Of a stretch of DNA of 48,758 bases, positions 1-10,408 are shown piece by piece. A program made the position numbers and the translations under genes. The notes under the pieces were generated by a model, which worked only from the letters and a program-made list of their open reading frames with translations, searched no databases and was not told where the DNA came from. This stretch comes from a virus: the IMG/VR virus record IMGVR_UViG_3300029305_004819, positions 1 to 48,758 of that record; one strand, written 5' to 3'. Each line of letters starts with the position of its first letter. Position 1 is the stretch's first letter.

Positions 1-1
1 A

Positions 2-112
2 GATTTAGTTGATGGAGCACCTAAAACAGTTAAAGAAGGAGTTTCTAAAGAAGAAGCTGAAGAAATGAAAGCTAAATTCACAGAAGCAGGAGCAGTTGTT
101 GAATTAGTTTAA
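2..112 (+). CDS. rplL: Ribosomal protein L7/L12, C-terminal end (partial at window edge)
   Basis: Reads [36 protein letters not shown], the characteristic L7/L12 C-terminus. Confidence 0.9.
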   Translation, partial: DLVDGAPKTVKEGVSKEEAEEMKAKFTEAGAVVELV

Positions 113-178
113 TTTCAATAAAACAATCAAAAATAAAGCTGTCGATAAATTAATGTCGACAGCTATTTTTTGTTTATT

Positions 179-1054
179 TTAAAAATTAGGTACATATTGT
201 TCTTCATTGTCCTCAAGGTCTTGAAAATATCCATTTTCTAAATTAAGTTCTTCAAGAAAATCTGATATTTGTTTGTGTTCTTCTTTATTAAGTTTTCTAT
301 TTATTTCAGAATATTCATGCGCTTTATAAGTAGGGAAGTATTGAGCCATAATACTTACATATATATTTTTCGGTAAATTTTCTTTTATCCAAATCAATAT
401 TTTTTTTGTATTTTCTAAATTATTTGGCAAAATTAAATGTCTAATTATAATACCAGATTTTATTACACCATGTTCATTAAATTTTGGTAATCCTACCTGA
501 TAATACATTTCTAAAATTGCTTTAGTTGCTACTTCAAAATAGTTATCGATTTTAGAGTATTTTTTAGAAAGTGAATTATCATAATATTTTAAATCTGGTA
601 AATATACATCTATATAACCTTTTAACATTTTTATGGTTTCAATATTTTCATATGAATTTGTATTATAAATAATTGGTAAATTAAGCCCATATTTTCTAGC
701 AAGCTTAATTGCTTCTATTATTTGTGGGACATACATTGTAGGTGTTACTAAATTAATATTTTCTGCATGCTTGTTTTGCTGAATTATAAAGGTTTCTGCA
801 AGTTCTTCAATAGATATTTCTTGTCCTGTTCCTTGTTGGCTTATTTTATAATTTTGACAGTAAACACAGTTTAAATTACAATTTGAAAAAAAGATGGTAC
901 CAGAACCATCTTTTCCACTAATACAAGGCTCTTCAAAGTGATGCAGTGATGCTAATGCTATTTTTACTTTATCTGTACTTTTACAACGACCAATTTGTCC
1001 ATTTGTCCTATTTACATTACAATTATGAGGACATAGTCTACAACTTTTTAACAT
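179..1054 (-). CDS. Radical SAM protein, PflA/PflX-like activating enzyme family
   Basis: 291 aa ORF with CRLCPHNCNVNR and the radical SAM motif CNLNCVYCQNY. Confidence 0.8.
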   Translation of the reverse strand: MLKSCRLCPHNCNVNRTNGQIGRCKSTDKVKIALASLHHFEEPCISGKDGSGTIFFSNCNLNCVYCQNYKISQQGTGQEISIEELAETFIIQQNKHAENINLVTPTMYVPQIIEAIKLARKYGLNLPIIYNTNSYENIETIKMLKGYIDVYLPDLKYYDNSLSKKYSKIDNYFEVATKAILEMYYQVGLPKFNEHGVIKSGIIIRHLILPNNLENTKKILIWIKENLPKNIYVSIMAQYFPTYKAHEYSEINRKLNKEEHKQISDFLEELNLENGYFQDLEDNEEQYVPNF

Positions 1055-1057
1055 ATA

Positions 1058-2113
1058 TCAATCCTTCTTTAAATAAATAGTTTGTGAGTTATAAGCTAAT
1101 TCTATATTATTATTTTTTACTATTTCTAATAATGTGTAATTTATAATTTCTTTAAATTTTAAAAATTCTACATAGTCAACTATATCTGTATAAAAATGAA
1201 TAGAAATATTTAAGCCATTTTCAGAAATAGTGTCAAAAAGAACTCTAACACTTTCTCGTTCAATATTTTCATGTGTTGTCAAGCATAGTTTCATTCGTTC
1301 AGTAAGTTCAGATACTTTTTCAAGTGGAGTAGCTAAATCTAATGTTAATATTAAGTTATATCTTCTTTTTTCTCTTTTACTTCCATTAACTATATTTGCA
1401 TCTGCAATTTGATTATTTGTAATTACTATAACTTGATTATTTATATCTCTTATCCTAGTGGTTCTAAAAGTTATATCTTCAACTGTACCTGCAAAATTAT
1501 TTGTTTCTATATAATCTCCAATTTCAAATGGTTTATCTGTAAGTATGGAAAAACCAGCAATAATACTTTTAGCTAAATCTTGTGCAGCAAGGGCAATAAC
1601 AACACTTGAAAGACCAAGACCGGTTGCTAATCCATTTAAATCATAACCAAATTCACTTACAATAATAAATCCTGCAATTACATAAATTAAAAATTTTACT
1701 ATTCTACTTACAAAATTAATTAATGCTTCATTTCCTGTAAATTTAAGCTTTTCTCTAATTTTCTCATAACTTCCCGAAGAAGTATCAAATACATTTGCAA
1801 AACCTTTGGCAAATAAAATTATAATACAAATTCTGAGAATTTTTGATATGTATATACTTATATTTTCAGGTATTTGTAAGGTTCTTAATGCTATATAAAT
1901 ACCTAGGATAACTATCAAAGATTTTAAAGGTTTATAAAAAGCATGTTGCTTAATTTTTTGTTTATTTTTTTCTTTTAAATGAAACATCTTAATAAAAATA
2001 TATGCAATAATTGGACTTAAAATTTTAAAAACGATAATTATCGCTAGTGCAAATCCATATTCTATAATTGATTTAGATATAATAAAATTAAAAATTTCAT
2101 TAAATAAATTCAT
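1058..2113 (-). CDS. Small-conductance mechanosensitive ion channel (MscS family)
   Basis: 351 aa; N-terminal TM helices, then GLGLSSVVIALAAQDLAKSIIAGFSILTDKPFEIGDYI, typical of MscS pore/beta domain. Confidence 0.88.
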   Translation of the reverse strand: MNLFNEIFNFIISKSIIEYGFALAIIIVFKILSPIIAYIFIKMFHLKEKNKQKIKQHAFYKPLKSLIVILGIYIALRTLQIPENISIYISKILRICIIILFAKGFANVFDTSSGSYEKIREKLKFTGNEALINFVSRIVKFLIYVIAGFIIVSEFGYDLNGLATGLGLSSVVIALAAQDLAKSIIAGFSILTDKPFEIGDYIETNNFAGTVEDITFRTTRIRDINNQVIVITNNQIADANIVNGSKREKRRYNLILTLDLATPLEKVSELTERMKLCLTTHENIERESVRVLFDTISENGLNISIHFYTDIVDYVEFLKFKEIINYTLLEIVKNNNIELAYNSQTIYLKKD

Positions 2114-2236
2114 TTAAATTCCCCCTAGGCTACTATTTTACCATATTTGTGCAAAATATTCAAATCATGCATAAAATAAACACAAATTAATATAATTTAT
2201 AAAGAAATGATGTGAGTAATTTATTAAAAATTGTAG

Positions 2237-2258
2237 GGGCGGATTTCCATATCCGCCC
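2237..2258. repeat. REP-like hairpin GGGCGGAT-N6-ATCCGCCC in a TGTAGGGG...CCCGC frame
   Basis: Perfect 8 bp inverted repeat; a related palindrome is at 3447-3468. Confidence 0.65.
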
Positions 2259-2326
2259 GCACTTCGAAGGAATTACTAAAAAGCACATTGAATAATTAAA
2301 AATTTATAAGGAAATGGGAGGTAGAG

Positions 2327-3382
2327 ATGAAGAAAGTATTAACCATATTTTTAGTTTTTTTCTTGTTTTGTTTTAGCTTTGAAGTTCAGGCATTTCCAGC
2401 ATCTTCAACCGTCAGATATGATGGAATTGATGTAAGCGAATGGCAAGGAGAAATTGATTTTGCAGAGGTTTATGAATCAGGCATAGAAGTTGTGTACATA
2501 AGAGCAAGTGAAGGAAACGGATATAAAGACCCATATTATTTAAGAAATTACGAAGGGGCAAAAGATAATGGGATAAAGGTAGGATTTTATCATTATCTAA
2601 CAGCAAGGACAGAAGCGGAAGCATTAGAAGAGGCAGAATTTTTTATATCTGTAATTAAGGGACTACAAGTAGACTGTAGATTAGCAATGGATTTTGAAAG
2701 TTTCGGAGAATTAAGCAGGCAAGAAATAAACGACATTTCAAAAGCTTTTTTAGATGAAGTAAAAAGATTAAGTGGTAAGGAAACAGTAATTTACAGTGAT
2801 GCATATAATGCAAGATTTACATTTAATGAAGAACTAGCGGAAGAATATCCAATTTGGGTAGCGGATTATGATGTAACAGAGCCAAGAGATGGAAACTGGA
2901 GCACATGGGTAGGCTTTCAATATACCGATAGCGGAAGGATAGATGGAATAGACGGAAATGTAGATAGAGACTATTTTACAGATGGAATATTATTAGAAGA
3001 CAATAGCTCAGTACCAACAGATACAACCCCAGAACCAATAGAAAATACAAGAGAAATAATAGTAAAGAGGGGAGATACATTAAGCCAAATTGCAGCTGAA
3101 TATAATACATCATACCAGTATTTAGCAAGAATAAACAATATACCAAATCCAAATCTTATATATGTAGGGCAAAGAATAGAAGTGCCAAATAATTTAGAAA
3201 CAACGGATATAAATGACACAAGTCATAAGTTATATATAGTGCAAAGAGGAGACACATTAACTGCAATTTCACAAGAATTTGATGTAAGTATAGAAAGTAT
3301 AGTAGAATTAAATGACATAGCAAATCCGAACTTGATATATGCAGGGGAGATATTGAGAATACCGACAATAAATAGTTTATAA
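2327..3382 (+). CDS. Secreted GH25 lysozyme with two C-terminal LysM domains
   Basis: Signal peptide, [13 protein letters not shown]...VYIRASEG...GFYHYL; two LysM repeats ([26 protein letters not shown] and [26 protein letters not shown]). Confidence 0.9.
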   Translation: MKKVLTIFLVFFLFCFSFEVQAFPASSTVRYDGIDVSEWQGEIDFAEVYESGIEVVYIRASEGNGYKDPYYLRNYEGAKDNGIKVGFYHYLTARTEAEALEEAEFFISVIKGLQVDCRLAMDFESFGELSRQEINDISKAFLDEVKRLSGKETVIYSDAYNARFTFNEELAEEYPIWVADYDVTEPRDGNWSTWVGFQYTDSGRIDGIDGNVDRDYFTDGILLEDNSSVPTDTTPEPIENTREIIVKRGDTLSQIAAEYNTSYQYLARINNIPNPNLIYVGQRIEVPNNLETTDINDTSHKLYIVQRGDTLTAISQEFDVSIESIVELNDIANPNLIYAGEILRIPTINSL

Positions 3383-3446
3383 AAATGGAATAAATATGAA
3401 AAAAATGCATAAAATATAAGGGTAGTCAATAAATATTATCATGTAG

Positions 3447-3468
3447 GGGTCGCACTCCAGGGCGACCC
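3447..3468. repeat. REP-like hairpin GGGTCGC...GCGACCC
   Basis: Same TGTAGGGG...CCCGC(A)ACTTC frame as 2232-2266 with a different, still complementary stem. Confidence 0.65.
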
Positions 3469-3573
3469 GCAACTTCAAAATTATATTAAAACAGGTGGGA
3501 ATTACAACAAATTTTACTCAAAGTATTGACAAATAAGCATAATAAGAGTATACTAATACAGTAATTTAAATAT

Positions 3574-3649
3574 CGCGGGGTGGAGCAGTTGGCAGCTCGT
3601 CGGGCTCATAACCCGAAGGTCGATAGTTCGAGTCTATCCCCCGCAACCA
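3574..3649 (+). tRNA. Initiator tRNA-fMet (anticodon CAU), CCA encoded; integration target
   Basis: CGCGGGGTGGAGCAG...CGGGCTCATAACCCG...CCCCCGCAACCA, near-canonical initiator tRNA with 5' C1 and the GGG/CCC anticodon stem. Confidence 0.95.
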
Positions 3650-3655
3650 TAAATA

Positions 3656-3687
3656 CCAAGCCTTTCAAGGTTTGGTTGTTTTTTGTA
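3656..3687 (+). terminator. Hairpin plus T-tract downstream of the tRNA
   Basis: ACCAAGCCTT-TC-AAGGTTTGGT followed by T-rich sequence. Confidence 0.65.
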
Positions 3688-3697
3688 TTTGTGAAAA

Positions 3698-3715
3698 AGT
3701 GACGAAAAAGTGACG
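3698..3715. promoter_or_regulatory. Putative left arm-type integrase binding repeat of element 1
   Basis: AGTGACGAAAAAGTGACG, identical 18-mer at 14125-14142 near the other end. Confidence 0.55.
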
Positions 3716-3964
3716 AAAGTTTTAGGATTATTTTTATGATGTATGAGGCAAACTAGAAAATGAAAGAAATAAAAATTTCGAAAATTAGCAGATTTATTGA
3801 GTAAAAATAGAAAATATGATATAGTATGTTTGAATAGATATAACTGAAAATGGAAACATTAAAAATTTTGGCAAAATTGGAAGTAGAAAAACAAAAAATT
3901 TTATGGTCATAAAAGATAAATAAGAATACAAAGTAGATAATTAAGAATTGAAAGGAGCAACTTA

Positions 3965-5101
3965 ATGAAATTAGAAGAATATGAGTCGGGAAAACATGTA
4001 CAAATGAAGGGTTATAAAGCATTTATTCCTAGCAAGATTAATTATAATTGGGAATGGTCTGATACAAAATTAAATAAACTTTTATCGGAAGCAGACCGCC
4101 AAATAGGAGAATTAAATGCCTATTCATTATTAATACCAAATGTAGAGTTATATATTAAAATGCATGTTAAAATAGAAGCAAATAAATCAAGTAGAATCGA
4201 AGGAACAAGAACAACTGTTGATGAAGATTTTTTAGATATAACAGATATTAATCCTGAAAAAAGAGATGATTGGCAAGAAGTTCAAAATTATGTAAAAGCA
4301 ACTAATTATGGTGTTGAAAAGATAAAAAATGGTTTTCCTGTATGTACAAGATTAATAAGAGAAATGCATAAAATTTTAATGAGCGGAGTAAGAGGAGAAA
4401 AGAAAACTCCAGGAGAATTTAGAACATCTCAAAACTGGATTGGAGGAAGTATGCCAAGTACAGCAGTATATGTTCCACCACCACATACAGAAATGGCAGA
4501 TTGCTTAACTGATTTTGAAAAGTTTATTAATAATGATGAAATTGATACACCAGATTTAATTAAGATTGCTATAATACACTATCAATTTGAATCAATTCAT
4601 CCTTTTCAAGATGGTAATGGAAGAATAGGTAGATTATTAATACCATTATATATTCAAAGTAAAGGAATGTTGGACAAACCTTGTTTGTATATTTCTGATT
4701 ATATTGAGAAAAATAAAGATACATACTATGATACTTTAACAAGAGTAAGAACACAGAATGATATAATTGGATGGATTAAATTTTTCTTAGAAGCTATAAT
4801 AGAAACATCAAAAACAGCTAAAGAAAAATTTAAAAAAGTAGTTGAATTTACAAGAGAAATGAATAAAGAGATTATGAATATGTCTGTAAAACCAGAGAAT
4901 GCGAAAAAGGTCTTAGAAGTTTTATATAATGAGCCTGCTATTAATCGTAAAAAATTATCGGAATTAACTGGTATTAAAGAAAGTACAATAAAAAATATAA
5001 TTAATAATTTTATGGATAAAGAGATTATAATTGAAACAACAGGATATACTAGGAATCAAATCTTCAAGTTCCAAAAGTATACAGATTTATTTTTAAAATG
5101 A
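3965..5101 (+). CDS. Fic family protein (AMPylase-type) with internal class-II-like inhibitory motif and C-terminal winged-helix
   Basis: HPFQDGNGRIGR catalytic motif; N-proximal SSRIEGT matches [S/T]xxxE[G/N]; HTH-like tail ELTGIKESTIKNIINNFMDKEIIIETTGYTRNQIF. Confidence 0.9.
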   Translation: MKLEEYESGKHVQMKGYKAFIPSKINYNWEWSDTKLNKLLSEADRQIGELNAYSLLIPNVELYIKMHVKIEANKSSRIEGTRTTVDEDFLDITDINPEKRDDWQEVQNYVKATNYGVEKIKNGFPVCTRLIREMHKILMSGVRGEKKTPGEFRTSQNWIGGSMPSTAVYVPPPHTEMADCLTDFEKFINNDEIDTPDLIKIAIIHYQFESIHPFQDGNGRIGRLLIPLYIQSKGMLDKPCLYISDYIEKNKDTYYDTLTRVRTQNDIIGWIKFFLEAIIETSKTAKEKFKKVVEFTREMNKEIMNMSVKPENAKKVLEVLYNEPAINRKKLSELTGIKESTIKNIINNFMDKEIIIETTGYTRNQIFKFQKYTDLFLK

Positions 5102-5103
5102 AA

Positions 5104-5262
5104 ATTTATAAGTTAAAAAAATCAAAAAATTCAACTCATAAAAACATAGGTCAAAAAAATCAAAAAATTTGACCTATGAAAAATTATAAGTCAAAAAAAT
5201 CAAAAAATTTAACTTATAAAAAACTATAAGTCAAAAAAATCAAAAAATTTGACTTGTAAAAT
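5104..5262. repeat. Array of four tandem ~40 bp hairpin units
   Basis: Units near 5110, 5148, 5188 and 5228 share AAAAAAATCAAAAAATT loops and have complementary flanks, e.g. CATAGGTCAAA/TTTGACCTATG. Confidence 0.75.
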
Positions 5263-5338
5263 ATTATATATAATAAAACCCCAGAAAATAATTTTGGGGT
5301 TTTAACATTAATTAAAATATATCAAATAGAAATATAAA

Positions 5339-5806
5339 TTAATCTTTCATTTTATTATTTATTTGATGTAATAATTCTATTTGCTCAGCTTTTGCATGTA
5401 GTAACAATTTTTCTATTGGTGCAATAATTATAAATAATATTCCATAATAAAGATTAGAATAATTATGTATTTTTTCATATTCACTTGAAAAATCTTCTAA
5501 TGATGCTAAAAAAATTATTATAAGTATTATTCCAATAATAATAGAGACAACAAATAATCCATCAGCCCAATCTTTTAATTTACATGCAATTTCGTTTTTA
5601 TAGTTATCATTTTCTATTGCTTTTGAATCTGATTTATAAAAAAAATTATTTGATTGTTCTGATTTATAAGTAATTTTTTTTGCTTGCTCTTCGTTATTTG
5701 TTTGATAAGTACTTTCTTTATCAAAATCACGATTACCACAATTTGGACATTGTCTTCGTTTTAATTCAGTTTTATATCCACATTCAGGACATGTTTTTAG
5801 AGCCAT
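5339..5806 (-). CDS. Zinc-ribbon domain membrane protein
   Basis: N-terminal CPECGYKTELKRRQCPNCG; hydrophobic segments VVSIIIGIILIIIFL and YYGILFIIIAPI. Confidence 0.6.
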   Translation of the reverse strand: MALKTCPECGYKTELKRRQCPNCGNRDFDKESTYQTNNEEQAKKITYKSEQSNNFFYKSDSKAIENDNYKNEIACKLKDWADGLFVVSIIIGIILIIIFLASLEDFSSEYEKIHNYSNLYYGILFIIIAPIEKLLLHAKAEQIELLHQINNKMKD

Positions 5807-6209
5807 AATATAACCTCCTTATTATGCTTAATTATAAATATAATATAATAAATAAATTTAAATATCAATAACCTATAATATATTATTATCCGACATAATT
5901 CGATTATATATAACAACAAGAAAATAGCTATTAATAAATCTAAAAAATATGTATGCTAGACCTCCGAGAAATTTCATAGAAGAATTTAGCTATTAAAATA
6001 ATATAACTTTATATCTTAATAGATAAAAACGCTATAAACTAAAATACGAAGGTCAAGATATAAATTTTTATTTTTATGGTATATAATAATTATAGATAAC
6101 ATAAATATAATAGGTTAGAGCTTTGTCTAAGCAAACAGAAATAGCAATTTTTTATGACTTGTTAATTTAAAAAGTGATGGAATTTTAAAATGTGATATAA
6201 TACAAAAAA

Positions 6210-7148
6210 ATGGAGGTTTGTATGGAAAAGGGAATATGTCATATATGTGGAGAATTTAAAGATTTAACATTTGAGCATTTGCCACCTAAAAAAGCTTGTA
6301 ACAATAGCAGAGCAAAAATATATTCTGGAGATGAAGTTATGAAACAAGTAACTGGAACAATAAAACCATGGGAATATAAGGATATGCAATATACGTATGA
6401 GCAAAAAGGTATAGGAATCCATTCGTTATGTGAAGAGTGTAATAATATTACAGGTAAATGGTATGCAAATGAATATATAAAAATATCTAATTCAATTTTA
6501 GAATATATTAGTGACAAGGATATAAATAACATTATTGGATTAAAGTTGAATTTTAAAGAAATATATCCATTGAGATTTGTTAAACAAGTTGTAAGTATGT
6601 TTGCATCAACTTTTCCAGAAGAAACAATAAAAGATAATCCAGAACTAATGAATTTTATTTTGAAAAGAGATAATAAATCTTTAGATACAAGTAAATATAG
6701 AATTAGTATGTACATACTAAAAACTAAAAAAGTTGCTTGGAGTGGAATTAATGTTATAGGAAATATTAGGATGTCAGAAATGAAAACAGTAGCAAGTTTA
6801 GAGTTATATCCATTAGGTTTCGAGTTTGAATTTGAACCACATGGAAAATCAGAAAACTTAGATATAATGAGTTTTGCTAATGATTTCGAATATAATGATA
6901 AAGTGAATATGAATATGGTAATTCCGGCAAGAGAAAGAAATACGCCATTTCCTTGTGATTATAGAACAAAAGAGGAAATAGATAAACAAAGAGTAAAATC
7001 AATAGAAGAGCATATTAATTTGCTTTGCAACGATATTATAAATAATACAAATAAAAAAGATGTAGCCGTATTAGTAAATAAATATAGGAACAATGAAATA
7101 ACTTCTGCAGAATTCACTATAGAAATGCATAAATTAAAATCTAAGTAA
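6210..7148 (+). CDS. Putative HNH-like zinc-binding protein
   Basis: CHICGEFKDLTFEHLPPKKACNN...LCEECNNITGKWYANEY resembles an HNH/McrA-type Cys-His arrangement. Confidence 0.5.
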   Translation: MEVCMEKGICHICGEFKDLTFEHLPPKKACNNSRAKIYSGDEVMKQVTGTIKPWEYKDMQYTYEQKGIGIHSLCEECNNITGKWYANEYIKISNSILEYISDKDINNIIGLKLNFKEIYPLRFVKQVVSMFASTFPEETIKDNPELMNFILKRDNKSLDTSKYRISMYILKTKKVAWSGINVIGNIRMSEMKTVASLELYPLGFEFEFEPHGKSENLDIMSFANDFEYNDKVNMNMVIPARERNTPFPCDYRTKEEIDKQRVKSIEEHINLLCNDIINNTNKKDVAVLVNKYRNNEITSAEFTIEMHKLKSK

Positions 7149-7206
7149 ATTATAAAAAGATGATAATGTAACTTGTCATCTTTTACATTAAATAAAACTA
7201 GGATGT

Positions 7207-7980
7207 TTATTTTGTAGGTAATTTAAAATTAATATTATATTTATTTTTTAGAAAATGTTCTAATTCAGTATAATTTGATTGATTCGTGTTATTTTTAAAT
7301 AGATATTTAGAAATATCTACATATCTAAGAACTATATCTTCATTATTTAATGTTTGTTTATGGAGCTCTACAGTTTCATAAATTGAAGAAATATAGTCAT
7401 TTTCCATACTTATTTTTAAAATAAAAATTTGTACATAAGTTACACATAAAAGTCGTAATTCTATTTTTAAGTTATTAGGATTTAAATTTAACTTAAAAAA
7501 TTGTTCTATATGTAGAATACTATATAATTCAATATATTCAGTTAAGAGAATGGGAGCTAATCTTACTAAATTATAGTTTCTTTGAAATTCATTGGTATTA
7601 AAATATCTATAAAAATGTTGTGTATTAAATATAGGTTCTAGTTCATCAGAGATATTGTTTGCATGGTCATATAAAAAAGAATATAAATCATTGCTTATTT
7701 TATCAATTAAATCATGTTTTTTACCCATTTTTAGTTGGTTATCATCTGCACTTAAAATATCTAAATATGTACGTATATATAGAAATAAAGGTAAATAAAA
7801 GTTTTTTAATAATTCCTTTTTTCTATTATCATATTCGACTAAAAAAGTTATTGCAACAGGAATTAGAATGCTTCCCATAGTAATTATTAAAGTTGATTCG
7901 TTAAATAATAACATAAGTATAAGAAGTATAAGTATAACAAATGAGACAAATATAACAGTATTAATATATCTTTTTTTCAT
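7207..7980 (-). CDS. Hypothetical protein with N-terminal transmembrane hairpin and cytoplasmic domain
   Basis: Two adjacent hydrophobic helices (VIFVSFVILILLILMLLF, IITMGSILIPVAITFLV) followed by a soluble region. Confidence 0.45.
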   Translation of the reverse strand: MKKRYINTVIFVSFVILILLILMLLFNESTLIITMGSILIPVAITFLVEYDNRKKELLKNFYLPLFLYIRTYLDILSADDNQLKMGKKHDLIDKISNDLYSFLYDHANNISDELEPIFNTQHFYRYFNTNEFQRNYNLVRLAPILLTEYIELYSILHIEQFFKLNLNPNNLKIELRLLCVTYVQIFILKISMENDYISSIYETVELHKQTLNNEDIVLRYVDISKYLFKNNTNQSNYTELEHFLKNKYNINFKLPTK

Positions 7981-9104
7981 ATAATACCTCCTGACAGAAT
8001 AGTATCCATTTTATTTGCTACATCTTTAAATTCATCATCAAAGAAATGACTATAAATACTATGAGTTACTGTCACATTAGAATGTCCTGCTCTTCTACTA
8101 ATAATTTGTGCTTGTATTCCGCTAGAAATAAGTAGCGAAATCGATGTGTGCCTAAGCGAATGCAGGGAGATTCTTTTTAAATGATGACGCTTAATTATTC
8201 TTTCAAATATTTGAGAAGGAGTGTCAGGATGCATATCTGCTCCAAAATCAGTCGTAAAAACTCTTTTGCTATTACCCCATTTATCTCCTAATTTCATTTT
8301 ATTTTCTAATTGTTCTTTCTGATATTTCTTCAAAATATTTAAAGTAGTTTTAGAAATATATATAATTCTATTACTCGTAGATGTTTTTGTACTTTTTTCA
8401 AATATTCCTAATTCTTTTGTATATTGAGTAGTTTTGTTTATATTAATAGTAGATTTATTAAAATCAATATCAGACCATGTTAAACCTGTTATTTCTCCAC
8501 GTCTTGCTCCTGTATCTAATGCAAGCATAATAAGTGCTTGATATTTCAAACATTCACTTTGTAAAGCAACAATTAATTGTTCTACTTCTTCAGGAGAATA
8601 ACATTGTATTTCTTTTTTCTTAATTTTAGGTTTTTCAATTCTTGTGTTTGGATTATTTAAAATATATCCCCATATTACTGCTTTATTTAATGCAGTTGAA
8701 ATTATAGTATAATGATGTTGTATAGTTTTATCAGAATATTTTGTAGTTGTCCTTAATTCATTATAAAAATCTTCTAATATTTTAACATTTAAGTCTTTAA
8801 TATGAATATGACCAATGCTTTTATTAATGTTATCAACCCAATGTCTATTAGATACATAAGTTTTAGGAGACCATATAGGTTTAGAATATTCTAGCCACTC
8901 ATTTAATAATTGTTCCATAGTAATTTTGTTTTTATTTATGTATGTATTATTTTTAATGCTTAGCTTTAGTTCATTTTCTCTTAATACCGCTTCTTTTTTT
9001 CCACCATGAAAAGTTTCAGTATGACGAATTCTTTTGTTTCCGTTATATCCTATTGGAATATCAATTTTGTATTTCTTATTTTTTATTAGTTCCTTTACTG
9101 CCAT
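7977..9104 (-). CDS. Tyrosine recombinase/integrase of element 1
   Basis: DTGARRGEITGLTW, SLHSLRHTSISLLISSG, IISRRAGHSNVTVTHSIYSH; N-terminal AP2-like and SAM-like domains. Confidence 0.93.
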   Translation of the reverse strand: MAVKELIKNKKYKIDIPIGYNGNKRIRHTETFHGGKKEAVLRENELKLSIKNNTYINKNKITMEQLLNEWLEYSKPIWSPKTYVSNRHWVDNINKSIGHIHIKDLNVKILEDFYNELRTTTKYSDKTIQHHYTIISTALNKAVIWGYILNNPNTRIEKPKIKKKEIQCYSPEEVEQLIVALQSECLKYQALIMLALDTGARRGEITGLTWSDIDFNKSTININKTTQYTKELGIFEKSTKTSTSNRIIYISKTTLNILKKYQKEQLENKMKLGDKWGNSKRVFTTDFGADMHPDTPSQIFERIIKRHHLKRISLHSLRHTSISLLISSGIQAQIISRRAGHSNVTVTHSIYSHFFDDEFKDVANKMDTILSGGII

Positions 9105-10122
9105 TTGTTTTACGCCTCCTTATTTGATGAATATCACTTTCATATTTTAACCAATTTATATAATCTTTATCATTTGGGTAATATTTTCGGTTTGATTTAA
9201 TTAAATGTTTCCATTCCTTTAAATATTCTTTTGTTTCTATTTGGTTTCTTATTCGCTTTTGAATACGCAATGTTACGCATCTTATTGCATTGTCTACTGC
9301 TGTTTTAGGTTTAGCTGTAAGAATTTTTTTATTAAATTCCTTACAAGTCATTTTTTTACTTAAATATTCTTTCTTAGTTTCATTTATTGTTTGAGGTCTT
9401 ATATTATCACAATATTGCCTATTGGCATTTTTGGCAATAAAAAACCTTCCGCAATTTTTACATTTTTTTAGATGTATTTGATTGTCTAAAATGTATAAAT
9501 ATGAAGCTAATAATACTTGTATAAAATTTTTGCATTCATATTGATGAACTATATTAGAAGATTTTCCTATTGCTTTTATAAATTGTTCTTCAGAAATACA
9601 AACTGAAGTATAAAATTCATTTAAATTGTAAAAAGAATTATTTTTATAGAAATTTATATTATGGTGCTTATATTTATTCAATAACTCATTATCAATTATT
9701 GTAGGATTAGGAATTTCATAATTTAATGAAAAATATAATTTTGCTTTTTCGTTGATTTTATTAAAATGGTTAGTTGATTCAATTGTTATAAATAAATCTA
9801 AATATCTAATAAATAATACTAAATCTTTAAAATCAGAGTATGTTAATATTTCATTTTCAATTTGTATTTCTAGAGAAGACAGAGTTTGATTTTCCTGATT
9901 TGGTATACCCAAACAATACAATACTTTTTCATTTATTAATTCTTTCATTATTTCTAATTGTGCTTCACAAAAATCAGTATTTTTATAAGTTTCTAATACA
10001 AAGTTGTGATTATTCGTTAAATTAGACATTTGATTCATTATATTAATAAATGTTGTACCAATAGGATATTTTTTTCCATTAAATATTTCTTCTTTTTTAT
10101 CCTTGCAAAAACTAATTTGCAT
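9076..10122 (-). CDS. DUF6076-like protein with C-terminal zinc motif
   Basis: KKCKNCGRFFIAKNANRQYCDN; located next to the integrase. Confidence 0.5.
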   Translation of the reverse strand: MQISFCKDKKEEIFNGKKYPIGTTFINIMNQMSNLTNNHNFVLETYKNTDFCEAQLEIMKELINEKVLYCLGIPNQENQTLSSLEIQIENEILTYSDFKDLVLFIRYLDLFITIESTNHFNKINEKAKLYFSLNYEIPNPTIIDNELLNKYKHHNINFYKNNSFYNLNEFYTSVCISEEQFIKAIGKSSNIVHQYECKNFIQVLLASYLYILDNQIHLKKCKNCGRFFIAKNANRQYCDNIRPQTINETKKEYLSKKMTCKEFNKKILTAKPKTAVDNAIRCVTLRIQKRIRNQIETKEYLKEWKHLIKSNRKYYPNDKDYINWLKYESDIHQIRRRKTNGSKGTNKK

Positions 10123-10408
10123 AAAAATCCTCCTTAGTTATCAAACAAACTTAAAAAATATAGTTTATTTAAAAAATTTTTTCAAGCTATAAATATTGAT
10201 ATAGATGATGTTTAGACTTTTCTAAAAAAAGATAAAAAAAGTTACTATATCCGTTATAGATAGAGAAAAACATTTTTGTTAAAATTATATTAGTAATCAG
10301 ATAAAAATAAAATACATCTGATAACTAATGCAATAATACAACATTGTTGTTTTATTGTCAATGGTTTTGCAAAACTAATAAAAATATTTAATTAAAAGGA
10401 GTAAAAAA

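Noticed and set aside
5104-5262. CRISPR array
   Set aside because: Units are contiguous palindromes with no unique spacers and no cas genes; better described as tandem hairpins.
9840-10025. 61 aa + strand ORF opposite the DUF6076-like gene
   Set aside because: Antisense ORF in AT-rich coding sequence, no supporting features.
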